DNA of 64,000 nucleotides from an uncultured Planctomycetales bacterium. Lineage in GTDB: Bacteria; Omnitrophota; Gorgyraeia; Zapsychrales; CAYRXT01. Made by a program: the position numbers and the translations under genes. Shown here piece after piece: positions 63,182-64,000 of the stretch (position 1 is the first letter of the stretch; every line of letters starts with the position of its first letter). Where the stretch lies: the NCBI GenBank assembly GCA_964428315.1, contig CAYRXT010000006.1, positions 8,071 through 72,070 of the forward strand. The letters run 5' to 3'. The notes below the pieces were generated by a model, which saw nothing but the letters and a program-made list of their open reading frames with translations, ran no database searches and was not told the DNA's origin.

Positions 63182-63964
63182 ATGAAAAAACTCCTTCTTT
63201 CCATTTTCGTTGGGTGTGTTCTCCTGGCCGGCGGCGCGGTACTGTTGTTGGGCATGAAAGGGAAGAAGGGGTATGACGTCCCGGCGGCGGGAGGGGTGGT
63301 CTCCCCTGGAACACAATTCGACTTCCCCAGGGAAACCGTAGTCTATGACATCAAATCCCTTCTCGGGTTGAAGGTCGGCGAGGCGCGGTTAAGCTTTGAG
63401 GGGGCGACAACGCTCGAGGACAGGCACGTGATCCTGGTCACCTTTGTATCACGTGCTGTCAATGTCTACGACGAGGAAAAGATTTATGCCGATCCCGAGA
63501 CCCTCTATCCGGTCCGTGTCGAGCGCGATCTGGACATCTGGGGCAAGAAGGAAAAGATCACGGAATACTATGACCAGGACAAAGGAACGGTGCGCATCGT
63601 TAAGCGCGCCGGGGAAAGGGCGGAAGAACAGGTCCTGGAAGGCCGGGCGCCGGTGGACAACATCTACTGCTTTATCTACCGCTACAGAAAAGAAGGCGCA
63701 TTCACTGTCGGCGAATCGTTTAGGATGAATCTGCCGACCAAGGAAGTGACCGTCGAACTTAAGAAAGAAACATTGCTGGCGGCCGCAGGCAAGGAATGGG
63801 AATCGTATTACATGGAGACTGTACCGAGCGAGTACCGTCTCTGGTTCGCCAGGGGCGAGAAAAAGATTCCCCTGCGCATCGACGGGTCATCGGGGCTGAA
63901 AAAGGTCTCCATGGTGATGCAGGAGTATCAAACGCCCCCGGAAGAGAAAGACGGAACACAGTGA
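63182..63964 (+). CDS. DUF3108-family protein with N-terminal signal/anchor
   Basis: 260 aa. Hydrophobic N-terminus, then a beta-rich domain with the YxxxxLxGxxVGEARLSF-type start that I associate with DUF3108. Confidence 0.55.
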   Translation: MKKLLLSIFVGCVLLAGGAVLLLGMKGKKGYDVPAAGGVVSPGTQFDFPRETVVYDIKSLLGLKVGEARLSFEGATTLEDRHVILVTFVSRAVNVYDEEKIYADPETLYPVRVERDLDIWGKKEKITEYYDQDKGTVRIVKRAGERAEEQVLEGRAPVDNIYCFIYRYRKEGAFTVGESFRMNLPTKEVTVELKKETLLAAAGKEWESYYMETVPSEYRLWFARGEKKIPLRIDGSSGLKKVSMVMQEYQTPPEEKDGTQ

Positions 63965-64000
63965 TGCTCGATAAAAAAGGACATTTTGGCGAATTCGGCG

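Overview
GC-rich chromosomal segment from a Gram-negative (diderm) bacterium. All ~65 protein-coding genes I can support lie on the + strand, and most overlap by a few nt or are translationally coupled. I found no rRNA, tRNA, CRISPR array, transposase or integrase. Antisense ORFs in the track look like high-GC frame artefacts.

Gene content, in order:
(1) A large LPS and Kdo2-lipid A super-cluster at 1-15.8 kb: waaA (3' end), lpxK, an LpxL-family late acyltransferase fused to an ELM1/DUF1022 domain, a GT4-GT9 fusion glycosyltransferase, one GT4, three further GT9 heptosyltransferase paralogues, a kinase-only hldE (hldA-like), kdsB, kdsA, kdsD, kdsC, a single signal-peptide protein that looks like fused LptC+LptA, and lptB.
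(2) A trigger factor lacking the PPIase domain, clpP (no clpX), an AGXT-type aminotransferase, serA, a membrane protein, purA.
(3) An OmpA lipoprotein, a coiled-coil membrane protein, a DUF4912 protein and a GH57 glucan-branching enzyme, with a dense nested-palindrome element between the last two.
(4) uppS-cdsA-dxr-rseP, then an orphan CpaF/TadA secretion ATPase, then proS (short, editing-domain-less)-rimP-nusA-infB, trpS, scpA-ruvB, DUF2905, a SpoIID/LytB homologue, queA-tgt-trmD-rplS-rnhB-yraN, an FTCD-like cyclodeaminase, folD, a degenerate FAD/NAD oxidoreductase-like protein, a TPR protein, polA-coaE-rho-rpmE-prfA-prmC-murA, and trpG-trpD-trpC-trpF.
(5) Immediately after trpF, a DEDD-type 3'-5' exonuclease.

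Most novel-looking locus (61.0-61.6 kb): an AT-rich island with a near-consensus sigma70 promoter (TTGTCC-17-TATAGT). It drives a ~220-nt structured RNA that begins at the predicted TSS, is closed by a 10-bp terminal helix, contains a GNRA hairpin, and ends in two successive intrinsic terminators. Downstream lie a pair of related hairpin motifs, a second promoter (perfect TATAAT), a small Cys4 zinc-ribbon ORF coupled to an M20 peptidase, and a DUF3108 protein. I could not assign the RNA to any family I know from sequence alone.
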